Of a DNA stretch of 33,000 bases, positions 11,790-22,790 are shown piece after piece; position 1 is the first letter of the stretch; every line of letters begins with the position of its first letter. Position numbers and translations under genes: made by a program. The notes beneath the pieces are model-generated. The model did not search any database. It worked only from the letters and a program-made list of their open reading frames with translations, and had not been told where the DNA came from. This stretch comes from Dicyema japonicum (Eukaryota; Animalia; Dicyemida): positions 581,827 through 614,826 of the forward strand of contig RDEW01000027.1 of NCBI GenBank assembly GCA_011109175.1, given 5' to 3'.

Positions 11790-12500
11790 GTTAGGTTGCT
11801 CCAAGCTCTCCTGTTCTTTGCTAGGTCCCTCAGTGAGTCCAGATCGTCACCAGATGTCAATCTTTTCTTCACGGCTTTCAGATCGTTTTGTAGAACGACC
11901 GGGAGGGTAGTTCTCGGTCTTCCACCTCTATTGCACTTCTTGTACCTCTATTGCACTAAATATCAACTTAGCTTCATGGTGGATGCATTCTATTCCTTCT
12001 GCCGACTATTGATGATGTGAAAGACTTGGAGACATTAAAACCCAGAAGTTCTTAACAAGGGAAGTGTCGGATGCAAAGTTCACAACTACTCTGAATAAAG
12101 GACAACTTTAATTTGGGGAGTGGGATGACAATCTTCCCTTTTGATGCCGGGAAACCTCTTGTCTGGGACGTTACCTGCACCGACACATTTGTTTCTTGCA
12201 ACCTACTCCAGAGTGCCTCTGCCGCTGAGAAGGCCGAGAAGATGAAACGGGAAAAGTACGCGCTCCTGTCCAAGGATTTTTGTTTGTTTCACTGGCCGTT
12301 AAGACGTCTGGTTCCCTTGCGCCTACGACTTTAGAATTCTTGAGTCATCTAGGGAATCGGGTCGCTACACGAAAAGGAGATCCTCGTGAGCGCTGCTCAT
12401 TATTTGATCGAATCTCGTTCGCTATTCTGAGAAGGAATATCCACGCAGTCAGGGCAGCCTCTATATAACGGTTACTCTATTTTCTTTTTTTAATAAAATA
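11790..12500 (+). mobile_element. CRE-like retrotransposon 3' terminus (RLE domain), decayed
   Basis: GMTIFPFDAGKPLVWDVTCTDTF...AEKMKREKY...FLSHLGNR...LFDRISFAILRRN is the RLE C-terminal pattern, followed by a T-run and AATAAA. Confidence 0.8.
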
Positions 12501-13324
12501 TAATTTGGAGAGTTTTTCCTAATTCCACAAGCACCTGATTGTTTCGAAAAATCTGTGACCAAGCACATTTGCCGTCTCAAGTATTCGAGATGCTATTTAT
12601 CAGCGACTATATACTTCAATGAGATTGAATAGAGAATCTCATTCAATTTGTAAAACTATGACAATTTATGAAATTATTAAAACAGCAAATTACAAAGTCA
12701 ATAAATTGATAATATGCACTAAGACAATCAACGTACTATTACAAATTATCTAATCAGGGAAACTCTTGCTGTACAAGAATCCCATGTACTTTAATAATGA
12801 ACTATAGTCTATAATTGTCGCTTGAAGTGATATCAAATAATATTGCATTGAGAGACCTCGTGGAAACTTCACTTAGTTCTTATATTGACAGTTGGAGATG
12901 AGGTACTCGTCCACCTAAGCAAGAGTGGGGTATGTGAAACATCTGAATCAAAATCCCATTAAATTAAAAAAACTAGAGGATCATCTGTTTGAGGGAGACA
13001 TATAGGCTTATAGTAATGAGATTTAAATATGTCGCTAACGTTTTTGGTGACACAAAATCTTTTCAATCACTTTTGGTTCAAATTACGATCTTTCGATGAG
13101 ATTAGTACGCATTGACAAAAAATAGACCAGAACCTATTTGATCCGAATCAGGGTTATTGATGAAAGTAGGACTTATTTGTCCCGTATCAAGCATTCGGTG
13201 AGCCTACGACAGTTTTCTTAGTCCCTTTCTCCCTAAAGGAGAGATTAAGTAAATTCATTGAGTGAATAAATTGATTTAAAGCACTCTTAAACAGTCAAAT
13301 TAAAAAAATCAATCAAATAAATAA

Positions 13325-13735
13325 TTAGACAAACCTGGTGGCAATGGATATAACCTTGGCGTACTGAGGTCCCATCATTCGCAGGGCAGAAGGAATGGGC
13401 ACTGTTATTCTTGTGCCGAGAGGATTCCCATTTGGATCAACCAAAACCACATTATTCGAATCAAATCGAGGTATAAATGACTTCTGTGACTTCCTCATCC
13501 CAACGACGTAAGCGTGACGGACCATCCCCGCAACAGACACTGTTATTCGGTCTCCGATCTCTGCTTGTTGTTTTCTTCCGCGGTTTCCGATCATTCTCGA
13601 ATGTCTGTTCTTCAATTTCGCCTGTTTTCCAAGTTCACTGTTATCGACAATCCTAACTCTTGTCATCAGTCTGATATTACTCCTTATAGTCACTTACCTA
13701 AAAAATCTCTGCGGTGTTATCGAAAAACCGATCAT
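13325..13735 (-). CDS. MRPL14: Mitochondrial ribosomal protein L14 (uL14m), 2 exons
   Basis: MTRVRIVDNS...IGDRI...PRFDSNNVVLVDPNGNPLGTRITVPIP...KVISIATRFV*. ATG at 13735; a micro-intron (AG|GTAAGT donor at 13697) removes an in-frame TAA. Confidence 0.93.
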
Positions 13736-13860
13736 CACGTCACAAGAACGCTGTGGTGAATTTTTATTTAAATAAAATCTATTTAAAAAATTCGTTTTTT
13801 TCCATCTGTATATATTTTAAATAATTATAATATTTCTATGTATAGTGGAATGTTAGATTA

Positions 13861-14346
13861 ATGACTTTGGCCGGATTAAGAGGAAAGCTTATTGCAATAA
13901 TCGGCGATGAGGTTTTCGCTTGGCTGACTTTAGGAAACCTGCACTGGATTTCTTCTCGGAGGAATCGGGGAGATAAAAAAGCAGCACGGGTCGAATTTCT
14001 TTATTGTGAACAAAAGTAAATATTCTCCGTATTTAAGCCACTTCCACCGAGGCCATCTCCAACGCCTTCCACTCCTTTCTTAACAGAGATGACATCGCTA
14101 TTATTATTATCAATCAATTCGTAAGCCATTATTCAATTTCTTCAAATTCTAATCAATAATTATTCTAGATTGCTGATATGATTCGAGAAGTGCTGACCAC
14201 AGTCACCAGTCATATTCCGGCCATTCTAGAAATTCCCAGCAAGGACTGTCCGTACGATCCGTCAAAGGATTACATTATTAGGAGGGCTAAGGTGGTTATA
14301 TTTCCCAATGTAATAGAATGCACTTTCATCAGATGACTGGAAGTGA
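13861..14346 (+). CDS. ATP6V1F: V-type ATPase V1 subunit F (missed by the ORF track); introns 22, 22, 48, 25 nt
   Basis: Spliced: [30 protein letters not shown]...FLNRDDIAIIIINQFIADMIR...[35 protein letters not shown]. Confidence 0.95.
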
Positions 14347-15630
14347 TGACGTCAGCAATATATTAATTATTCTAACATATTTTTATACCTCATTAATTTA
14401 AATTACTGTTATTCACTAATTGGCTTTAATGACTCAACAGGTGGACTAAGAAGTCGTACTACCAAATGGTTCTGGGCTCGGTCCCCCAAATTGGCCACTT
14501 GGTCGAAGGGCTCTTTTCCTTTCCCCTGTTTTATATCTTCTCTCGTTCTACTAGAATGCCTCATGTGATTCAGCTGTATCAGGTAACACCCAGTGCCAAG
14601 ATGACACGAAAAGGATCATTTGCTATCTCCCACATTATTGGAGGGGTTCTTATAACAACAGGGGCTTAGCTTTCTTCCCTCCCCTTTGTTCTGGTTAGAC
14701 TTGCGTGATATTGGAAGGTGTCTGAATTTGTTTCCATGGGGACAGGATACATTTAATTAGTTGAGCTTAGTGGCTGAGACTTGTTGCGGTTATTAAACCA
14801 GATTAAGCCAAACCGCTAATTGTCGCTGTTAAGTAAATTTGGTTTCTGAGCAAGTAGCTGTTTCAGCGTTTTTGTGTAGAGTTCTTCTCAGATGGTTGTG
14901 ACCTAGCGGACATCTCAGTATTTCACACTTTTAGATTATTTTGAATAAAATGGCACCCCCTACACGAGAGCCATTACACACATATCTCCACATGGGCATG
15001 ACACACACTTTAGTGTAGTAAAGAATAATTATGATGATTAACCGTTAAAAAGGGACAAGGAATGTTCTTAAACTTTTTTGTGTTGCTTGTGAGTCCTTGA
15101 ACAACGCAGTGAAATATACGCTGATGTCACAGGTCAAATCCAAAGCATCGTCGATGTGTGGAACCTTCCGACGAAATGGGGAGCAGCAATATTATTTTGA
15201 ATAAGGCTAGAGATTTATATTCAAACATGAATTTGTCTAAAACCTTAATTTGCCGAGCATTTTATTAATTGACCTCAATAACCCAATTAACGACAAAATA
15301 AAACTATTCTGTGTTTATTAAATGTGAATTAGTACAATGTCTACAATGTCAAGACTGTCCGATCTATGGGAGCGTCCTACTTAATAAGGGTTAGTTAACA
15401 AGCTAACCATCAAAATTATGTTTTATCCGACATTATTACATGAAAATAACACTCTGAGAGACGACTTCATTCGAATACTCTAAGCAAAAGCTATAGATAC
15501 ACTTATAGGGCTGTTTTCAAATGGAGATGATCTATAGTAGCTTGAGTATTATGATAAGCATAGAGGGTTTATTACATAGTCAAACATATATTCCCTTAAG
15601 GCAGTCTGCTTACTATATGTTAGTGAGTTA

Positions 15631-15885
15631 AGTTACCCAAACCTCACTAACAAGTTGGAGATCGAACGTCTTCGGGTACCCATATATTACCTCCTCTACA
15701 ATCAGTTTAGACAGTTACTCAAACCTCACTAACATGTTGGAGATTGAACGTCTGCAGATTACGATACATTACCTCTTCCACAAACAGATTAGTTAGTCAC
15801 TCCAACTTCAACTAGTTAGAGATCAATGTTCTTTAGTCAGCTACTCCAGCCTCACTGACACGTGAAGGATCAACAGTCTACAGGT
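15631..15885. repeat. Degenerate ~82-bp tandem repeat, 3-4 units
   Basis: AGTTAC.CAAACCTCACTAACA.GTTGGAGAT.GAACGTCT units start at 15631 and 15713, with diverged units at 15795 and 15839. Confidence 0.7.
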
Positions 15886-16083
15886 GCCTATCCGCATTAC
15901 TGGGCGTTCCTATATATCCCTCAATAAGAGCAGGGGAACCCAAGCCAGAGAAACCCCTTCAGAAAAGTAACACCTCGGTCAGAGTATAATATACACCCGA
16001 CAAACTCCTAACAAAGGTGAATCAAAAGTAAGGCACAAATCAAAATATCATAAACCCATAAATATTAGTATAATCCTTAAATA

Positions 16084-19016
16084 TTAAACCTCCTCCCTTA
16101 AGAATGAGTCGAAGGAAAAAGGTTCAAACGGAATGCCCTCCCCTTTATAAAACTTGGACTGAAATTCAACCCTTTTGGAGAAATAATGAATAAATACAAC
16201 CAGTGAAGTCGAACAGCATGCAGGAAAGCCGACAGCCCTTCCATAAGCAGCAGAATTCCCATCGTGAGGCAAGCGAAGGGCACGAAAACAATGAAGAGAG
16301 CGATACAGCCAGTATACGAGGACTGCTGGAGGCCAATCCTCAGAACCATCGTCCACAGAACCTCAGACAGCTCTAAGACTCACTAATATGAAGACCTGCG
16401 TGAGCCAAACTGAGAGCCCATAGACGCAAATAGGAGGCTGTGTGAGAGATCGTGTTCAACGTGAATTCAATCGTATGAATCGACTGGTTTATCATCAAAT
16501 CAGAAAATTCCACCTAAAATTCAAAATTGATCGAACCTTAGGCTCAGTCTCTTCCTCGTTGATCAATCTATTGTTGGCTTGTTTAGTTTCCCTTCTCAGA
16601 GTCAATGGTTTCCCTAGGAGAAGCCATGGCAGAGAAAGGACCATCATAACCAGGAAGAAGGTCTGAATTTGTTGCTACAGGAAATTCCTAACAAAGCCAA
16701 CCTGTCCGGGATAGAAGGTCGCAGAGGAGCAGGAAACCCCGGAACCAGTTTCGTACCTCATCATAGCCATGTTGATGAGATCTACCATTCGACCAAAAAG
16801 TACGGGTAAGAAGACTCGGAGCACAGTTGGCATCGATAGCATCATAGGAGACCCACTTGTAGAAAATCAAAGAGACCAAGTAGACCAGGAGGAAACCGAA
16901 GAATATGATCATTGGCATGAACTCCATTACAATCATAATCTTCTCCTGAAACCGACTGAGAGTAAAACATGGAAGTACATGTGATTAATGATTTGGAGAC
17001 AGATTCCAAAGAGCATGTGAATCACGGCAATCACGATCGACAACTTCATTTTGTAGGAATTCGAAAAGGTCATCTTGTTTGAGGCCAAAGACCAGATCTG
17101 GCCATTGAGTGAACAGGAAAACCGGGTCAATGCCGTAATAATATGGATGTCCCGCAAAGTCAGAGGTATAGTTGGCGTAAAGCACGTGTCTTCTAGGTTC
17201 CAGCCACGTGAGCTCAGAGTAGTCGGCAAAATTGTCAGAGTGGATGCTAAAAATGTGAATATCCCCCAACCTGTGTGCTGAGGCCGACCACGCACTCTGA
17301 AAAATGTTGAAGGACTTTGAAAAGGCGTCATTATAAACGAAGCCCGCATGCATAGAGAAGAGGCCCATCAGTAGAATCACATAACGACCCCCAAACAGCA
17401 TCGTCCATATCTGAATTACAGGGGAAGCCCACCTCGTCCTTAATTTTGCTCTTGCTCAGTCTCTTCTCGTACATCACCAGAATTAAGGCGAATATAAACA
17501 TTATGAGACCGTGACCAAAGTCACCGAACATAATTCCGAACAAAAACGGAAAGGTGATCACAGTAAACAAGGCTAAGGGGGAATCAACGGAAAATTCTCA
17601 CCGGGGTTGACCTCCAGGTACGTGCAGATCCCATAGGCGTCCACAATGCTCTGAAACCCTGAGGTGTACTTATTAGTCGGGTTGTAAGTCGGGGACGTCA
17701 GGTTGGTCTCCTCCCGCGTCAGCATTGATGGAGCTGAACTCCCAGAACGGATCTGAAAGGATCAAAAACGTAAGAGACCGAAGCGTCGATGAGGACAGCT
17801 TCGACCTTCTGAATGTCCTCAACAGCGCACCAGCATTCTCCCACAAGGAAGCCTTTACTAACGTTGTCACTGAAATGGTTCAAAATGTGGTAGATCGCTT
17901 TCACCTTGCGCACGTGGATCATCCATTCTTGGAGACGTGAACAGACAAACTGCAGAAGCTGAAATTTATGACTGTCCCCCTCTTCAATGACCTATAACAT
18001 GATGAGACTTAATTCTGACTGTTTTCATATCCAAAAGTCTGCTTGTGACGCCTTTAAGCAAAGTAATGTGTTGGTCCGGGTCTTCCGGGGACTGGTATAC
18101 GTTAGCCTTCATCCTGGAGTTAAAACCCAATCAAACGCTTCACAAATGCCTTTGATCTTCTTTTGAAGATGTTCCCCCCGGAAAATTACGATGAACACCT
18201 GTTTATCTACAGGCTCTCCCTTAAATAAGGAGAAAAGCATACAGTCGAAGGGTCAATCAATCTTTCGCTAATTTCCTTCACTTTGAATATAGCATTTCCA
18301 CGGAAGGCACGCCATAGCAAACGACGAAGGACGGGTATTCTTTCAGTTGAAAGAACCCCCGATACGGTGGAGATCATCTTCCAATCCTCTTTCTCAGTGC
18401 TATTGGCCGACTCGTCCCCTTCGGCGACATTCTAAAATAAAATTATTAAACATTAAATTAATTCAGAATATAATAAAATTTAAAAATTAAATAGTAGCTT
18501 AGTGGTAAAATTAAAAATAGAACCTCCATATAAAACTCTCTGGTCTTGAGCAAGACTTGATTGATTTCCGATAATTCCAGCATATTCTTCTTCAGAGTGT
18601 CTGAGCTGTTATTGACCCGTTTTAATTCAGCGAAAATCCGTTCGGCTTCGGCCTGAGAATTAAAAGCAAAGAAACCTCGAGGTTGACCAGATAGTCAAAG
18701 TCCATGACAGGACTGGCGTCGTCGTCACAATCAGAGATCCTGATTCCACTAGATATGGCGTTCTTCTCAATATATTCTGATTTTATAATTTTATTACTTA
18801 ATTTTTTCTCAATCTCGTCACATCGCCTCACTTCGGACACAAACTTCTTTTCGATGACGTTAACGCCAGCTTGCATCTTTAATGTAAGAAAAACAGTACG
18901 TCGCGTATCTCAACAATTCCTAACTCCCCAAGCTTGGCAACTATTCTGTAGGCGGCCTCACTTTGTAAGAACAGCTGGCACAGGGCCATTTCCTTGCTTC
19001 TTAGCATTTCCACCAT
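16084..19016 (-). CDS. ATP6V0A: V-type ATPase V0 subunit a; 18 introns (17 of 21-29 nt, one ~92 nt)
   Basis: [23 protein letters not shown]...[10 protein letters not shown]...[17 protein letters not shown]...[13 protein letters not shown]...NSYKMKLS...IHTIEF...[16 protein letters not shown]...[27 protein letters not shown]. Confidence 0.96.
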
Positions 19017-19987
19017 TGCGGTTTATCAGAGTTATAAATACCACTAATACTCTAATTATAGATAAATTTTAATTTTTTAAAAATTCAAAAAATATTTTAT
19101 AAAAATAAAATATTTAAAATTTAAAGAAAATTATAAAATTGGCTCAATCCTTAAAGTACACAAAGACATTGAACTGGAAAAGCAAGCGACAATTTTTCTC
19201 AGTAAATTACGCGCATTTGGTCAAGCAAACAATTTTTAGAAGCAAAGACAATCTGGAAGACCTATAACATGTTCATAGTTACATTACTAACGTAATACTT
19301 TTCCATCTGTGATAATATGCCAAAATGAAGAGTTACATAGAATCCACTTGCTATCGGTTATTTTAGACAGATGGGATACTGGAGAAAAATGCATCCGTTT
19401 TTATTACAACAAAAATGTCAACTATTTGTTATAGCTCATAGTTTTTCACACTTTGAAATTTCTGTTTTTTTCATTAAAACTTTAATTTTTTTATCCTCCT
19501 CTCAACACATCGTTACAGGGTATCCGTTTAATTCGCAATAGTTAGTTTATGTTATATTTTGAATTTCCTGTATTTTGGTCAAAACGTGAGTTAATTTGTT
19601 GCCACACTCATTGCGTGGCTGTTCCCTCTCAGAATTGCGAGCAAAATTCGCTCAAACAGCCAGCGGCGTTTTTCCTGTTCAATCATGTAATTACTAATTT
19701 CGAAGTAGTATTTTACAGCAGCAAACCAAATTCCTCATTTAAAAATTATCCAAGTGAATGTTTTGTGGTAACAACATCTGGAGGACATCCGATATTTCTG
19801 AAAAGATATTATATCATTTAAATGGCCCTTCTCATAAGGCATACCCCACACCTTTATATCGAGGGAGATCATGGACGACTCTAATAGCTGTTCTGAATGA
19901 TGAATTATTAAAAAATAATATGGAATCACTAACTTTGAGAAGCAAAAAGTAACTAAAAAAGAAATTAAAAAAAATAAATGTAAAAAT

Positions 19988-22790
19988 TCAAATTTTATTC
20001 TTATGCTTTCCAAATGCGTAAATCATAGTCATTAAGGCTGCAGGGGTCACTCCTTCAATCTTGCTGGCATCCCCAACCTTAATAAAACATAAACTAAACA
20101 GTCCTTGGCCTAACCAAGTTCATCTTTTCTTTAGTCTCATTAGAAACCGGCAATCTTAATAAACACAAAACCATCACCTATCGAAGTCAAAGTCACGTGG
20201 GATGATAAATTCGAACTGTTTCTGCAAATAATTGATTTCCTCAGACTGAATAGCCACGGCGTGCTGGTACAACCCTAAAAATGACTTCCATCAGTTTACC
20301 TTCTGATTTTAGTCTGAGAAGCAAGTGGACGTCAAATTGGCCATCTTTGATGATAAAGTCGTCAAGGCCAGGGACCAAGTCTACTAAATGGACAGCTTCA
20401 GTGTTCGGGAGAGAAAGGCATTTCAGGGCACTCAGAATTAGTTAGCTTAAACCTCATCTGTTTACTTGAACATGGGGACACCCTACTAGAGTCCACACCA
20501 CAATTTGATAATAATTTGACTGCCTCAGTGAACCGTTCATTAAACTGAACTGCCAACTCCTTTCTTTCATCAGAAATACACCCAGTTCGACTCGCTACAA
20601 TATCACGTTAAAACTGATAGATTTTATTAATTAATATAGCACGTGTGATCAATGGCTGCAAGGACTCAGAATTGATGAGGATCAGAGTTACCCCCATGTC
20701 CAAATTAAAATAAAAAAACAAATATTAATCAATAAATGTAATAAATAATAAAATAAAAAATTCAATAATATTTTCGATCAATTTAATAAGCTACAAATCA
20801 GCCAAGTAATTCAAAAAAGCTACACGCCCGATTCACGTTGCCTGCGACCGCTGTCAGGAATACTGGAGCTTTAGTAGGAAACGTTGTCCTTTTTAGGAGC
20901 ATACAACGTCTGGCCGCACTCAGAAACCATAACGACCGAAACCCAGAGCCTCCTCAAGTATATCTCGGACTCTATCATAAAAGGAAACGCCGCGTGAAAT
21001 AGAGGCAACATCAGCTAATTACGATCTGGCACTCATATTACCATTTAAAGTAATCCTTTCCATGGCATTGTCTGGGCGCAAGTGGAAATTCTTCTACTTT
21101 TCTGCTCTGCTTGTGAACATTCGGTAAGGCTCAGTGACCCCACGAGTGATAATATCCTCGATCATGACCCCAATATATCCATCAGAACGAGTCAGAATGA
21201 AATCTGGCAATTCCATCACACGACAGCCCGCGTTAAATTCCAGCAATAACCCCCTAAAATTAACACGTAATTCTACCTGTGCCGCCGCTTCCTCATATCC
21301 GGTCGTCCCGTTGATTTGCCCAGCAAAATACAAATTCCTTATTGATTTGGTTTCCAAAGTACTATTCAGTTGTCGTGGATCAACAAAGTCATACTCGACT
21401 CCGTACCCTGAAATGACCCCAAAGCCAACCTGGGACAGCGATTTCCGCGTTTTCCAGTCCGGCTATGCAGTTGACCAGCTTCTGTTGGTATTCCAACGGC
21501 ATTGTACAGGAAAGTCCCTGCGGATATACCAACTCCGCATCGATTCCTATAATAATAATATATTATTCCTATAAATTATTAAAATTTTGTATTTCGATTC
21601 CTATAAATTATTAAAATTTTGTATGTTTGTATCAATTATGAATGATTTTATAATTTTATTAAAATGTAAATTAAATTAACATTTAAAAATTAAAATAAAT
21701 TTAAATACCTTCCGGCTCTAGCCATACAACGTGGTCTCTATCGCCGAATCTCAATACCTTCGCCTATTTGTCTAATTATCCACATGTACTTCAATAGACG
21801 GACAATAACGGGGACCTACGACTTCTTCCTTTACGTGGTTGTTCAAATGTAGGCTGTCTGAAATGATCTTAGCGACTTTGGGATTCGTCTTGGTTTTGTA
21901 GCACAGCAGCTGCTCTTCCGGCTAGATATATAATCAACTAAGACCTCAATTCTCACCCTTTTGTTTAGGAAAGAAAACGGGAGAGGAGGATAATCGGGGA
22001 GGGACTTTTCAGTTTGACTAAAATCGACTGTATTTAGTTTAATGCGTGGCGGAGTTCCTGTTAAATAATAAATACCTTCTACCAGTCTTTAAGCGACTGA
22101 TTTTGAAATGACGCCTAAGTGAATCAGCTAAACACATGGATGGGGACTCATTCAATCGTCCAGCAGGGAAAGACTCCTTCCCAATATTAATCGTTCCCCC
22201 GAGGAAAGTCCCGGTTGCCAAAATAACTGTTTTCGCCTTAATAACCCCCAATTCTAAATAATCATAATAAGCAAAACCTGTCACAACCCCTACACACGTT
22301 AAGTACTCGTCAACTTGTAGACTAATGTCCTCGACTTTGGTTTCGATGACGTCAAGATTAGGCGTCCTCTCCAATAATTCCTGCTGCATTAAATTTCTGT
22401 ATCTTTCCCGGCATATTTGGGCCCGTAAACCCTAAACTAGGAAATCCAGGGTTACCCAAACCGCTGGCCCGTGGCTCTTGTTGAGAACTCTGAAATGGAC
22501 TCCAGCCTCGTCTAAGATAAATGAAATCACAAACCACAAAGTCGTGGAGAGAGTCCGTCTAGGGCGTCCACTTCACGTAGTAAATGCCCCTTTCCAATTC
22601 CCCGAAAGAGGGGTTGCACGACATCACGCCTTTGCGTCATATGGTAATGACTACCTATTGATTTAATCTTATCTGTGACGATTGTGGTAGAGAGCCCAAT
22701 TCTGCAGGCAGCGTGTGCCGCCTCACATCCAGCATGTCCCCCGCCAACCACCAAAACATCGTAGAATTTCTTCCCAAAAGAGCTCCGCAT
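19988..22790 (-). CDS. MTO1: Mitochondrial tRNA modification enzyme MTO1 (GidA/MnmG family); indels and one in-frame TAG in this assembly
   Basis: [16 protein letters not shown]...[22 protein letters not shown]...GPRYCPSIE...WLEPEG...[18 protein letters not shown]...[11 protein letters not shown]...LRPDNA...IEGVTPAA. Confidence 0.93.
20801..21030 (-). ncRNA. Candidate intron-embedded structured ncRNA (RNase MRP/P-like topology, family unconfirmed)
   Basis: GC-richer island in a 447-nt MTO1 intron. Nested long-range stems with G-U pairs only on the host-sense strand, a possible pseudoknot and a 3' U6 run. Confidence 0.5.

Noticed and set aside
15040-15200. LINE RT remnant (EIYADVT...VWNLP)
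   Set aside because: Too degraded to support beyond a weak motif resemblance.
15631-15885. CRISPR-like repeat-spacer array
   Set aside because: Eukaryotic context, the 'spacers' resemble each other, repeats are degenerate, and there are no cas genes.
20801-21030. SRP RNA, U3, 7SK or telomerase RNA identity for the intronic element
   Set aside because: No SRP helix-8 AGG/GNRA/AGCA motif on the folding strand, no ordered U3 boxes and no CUAACCCU template. Only short chance-level matches.
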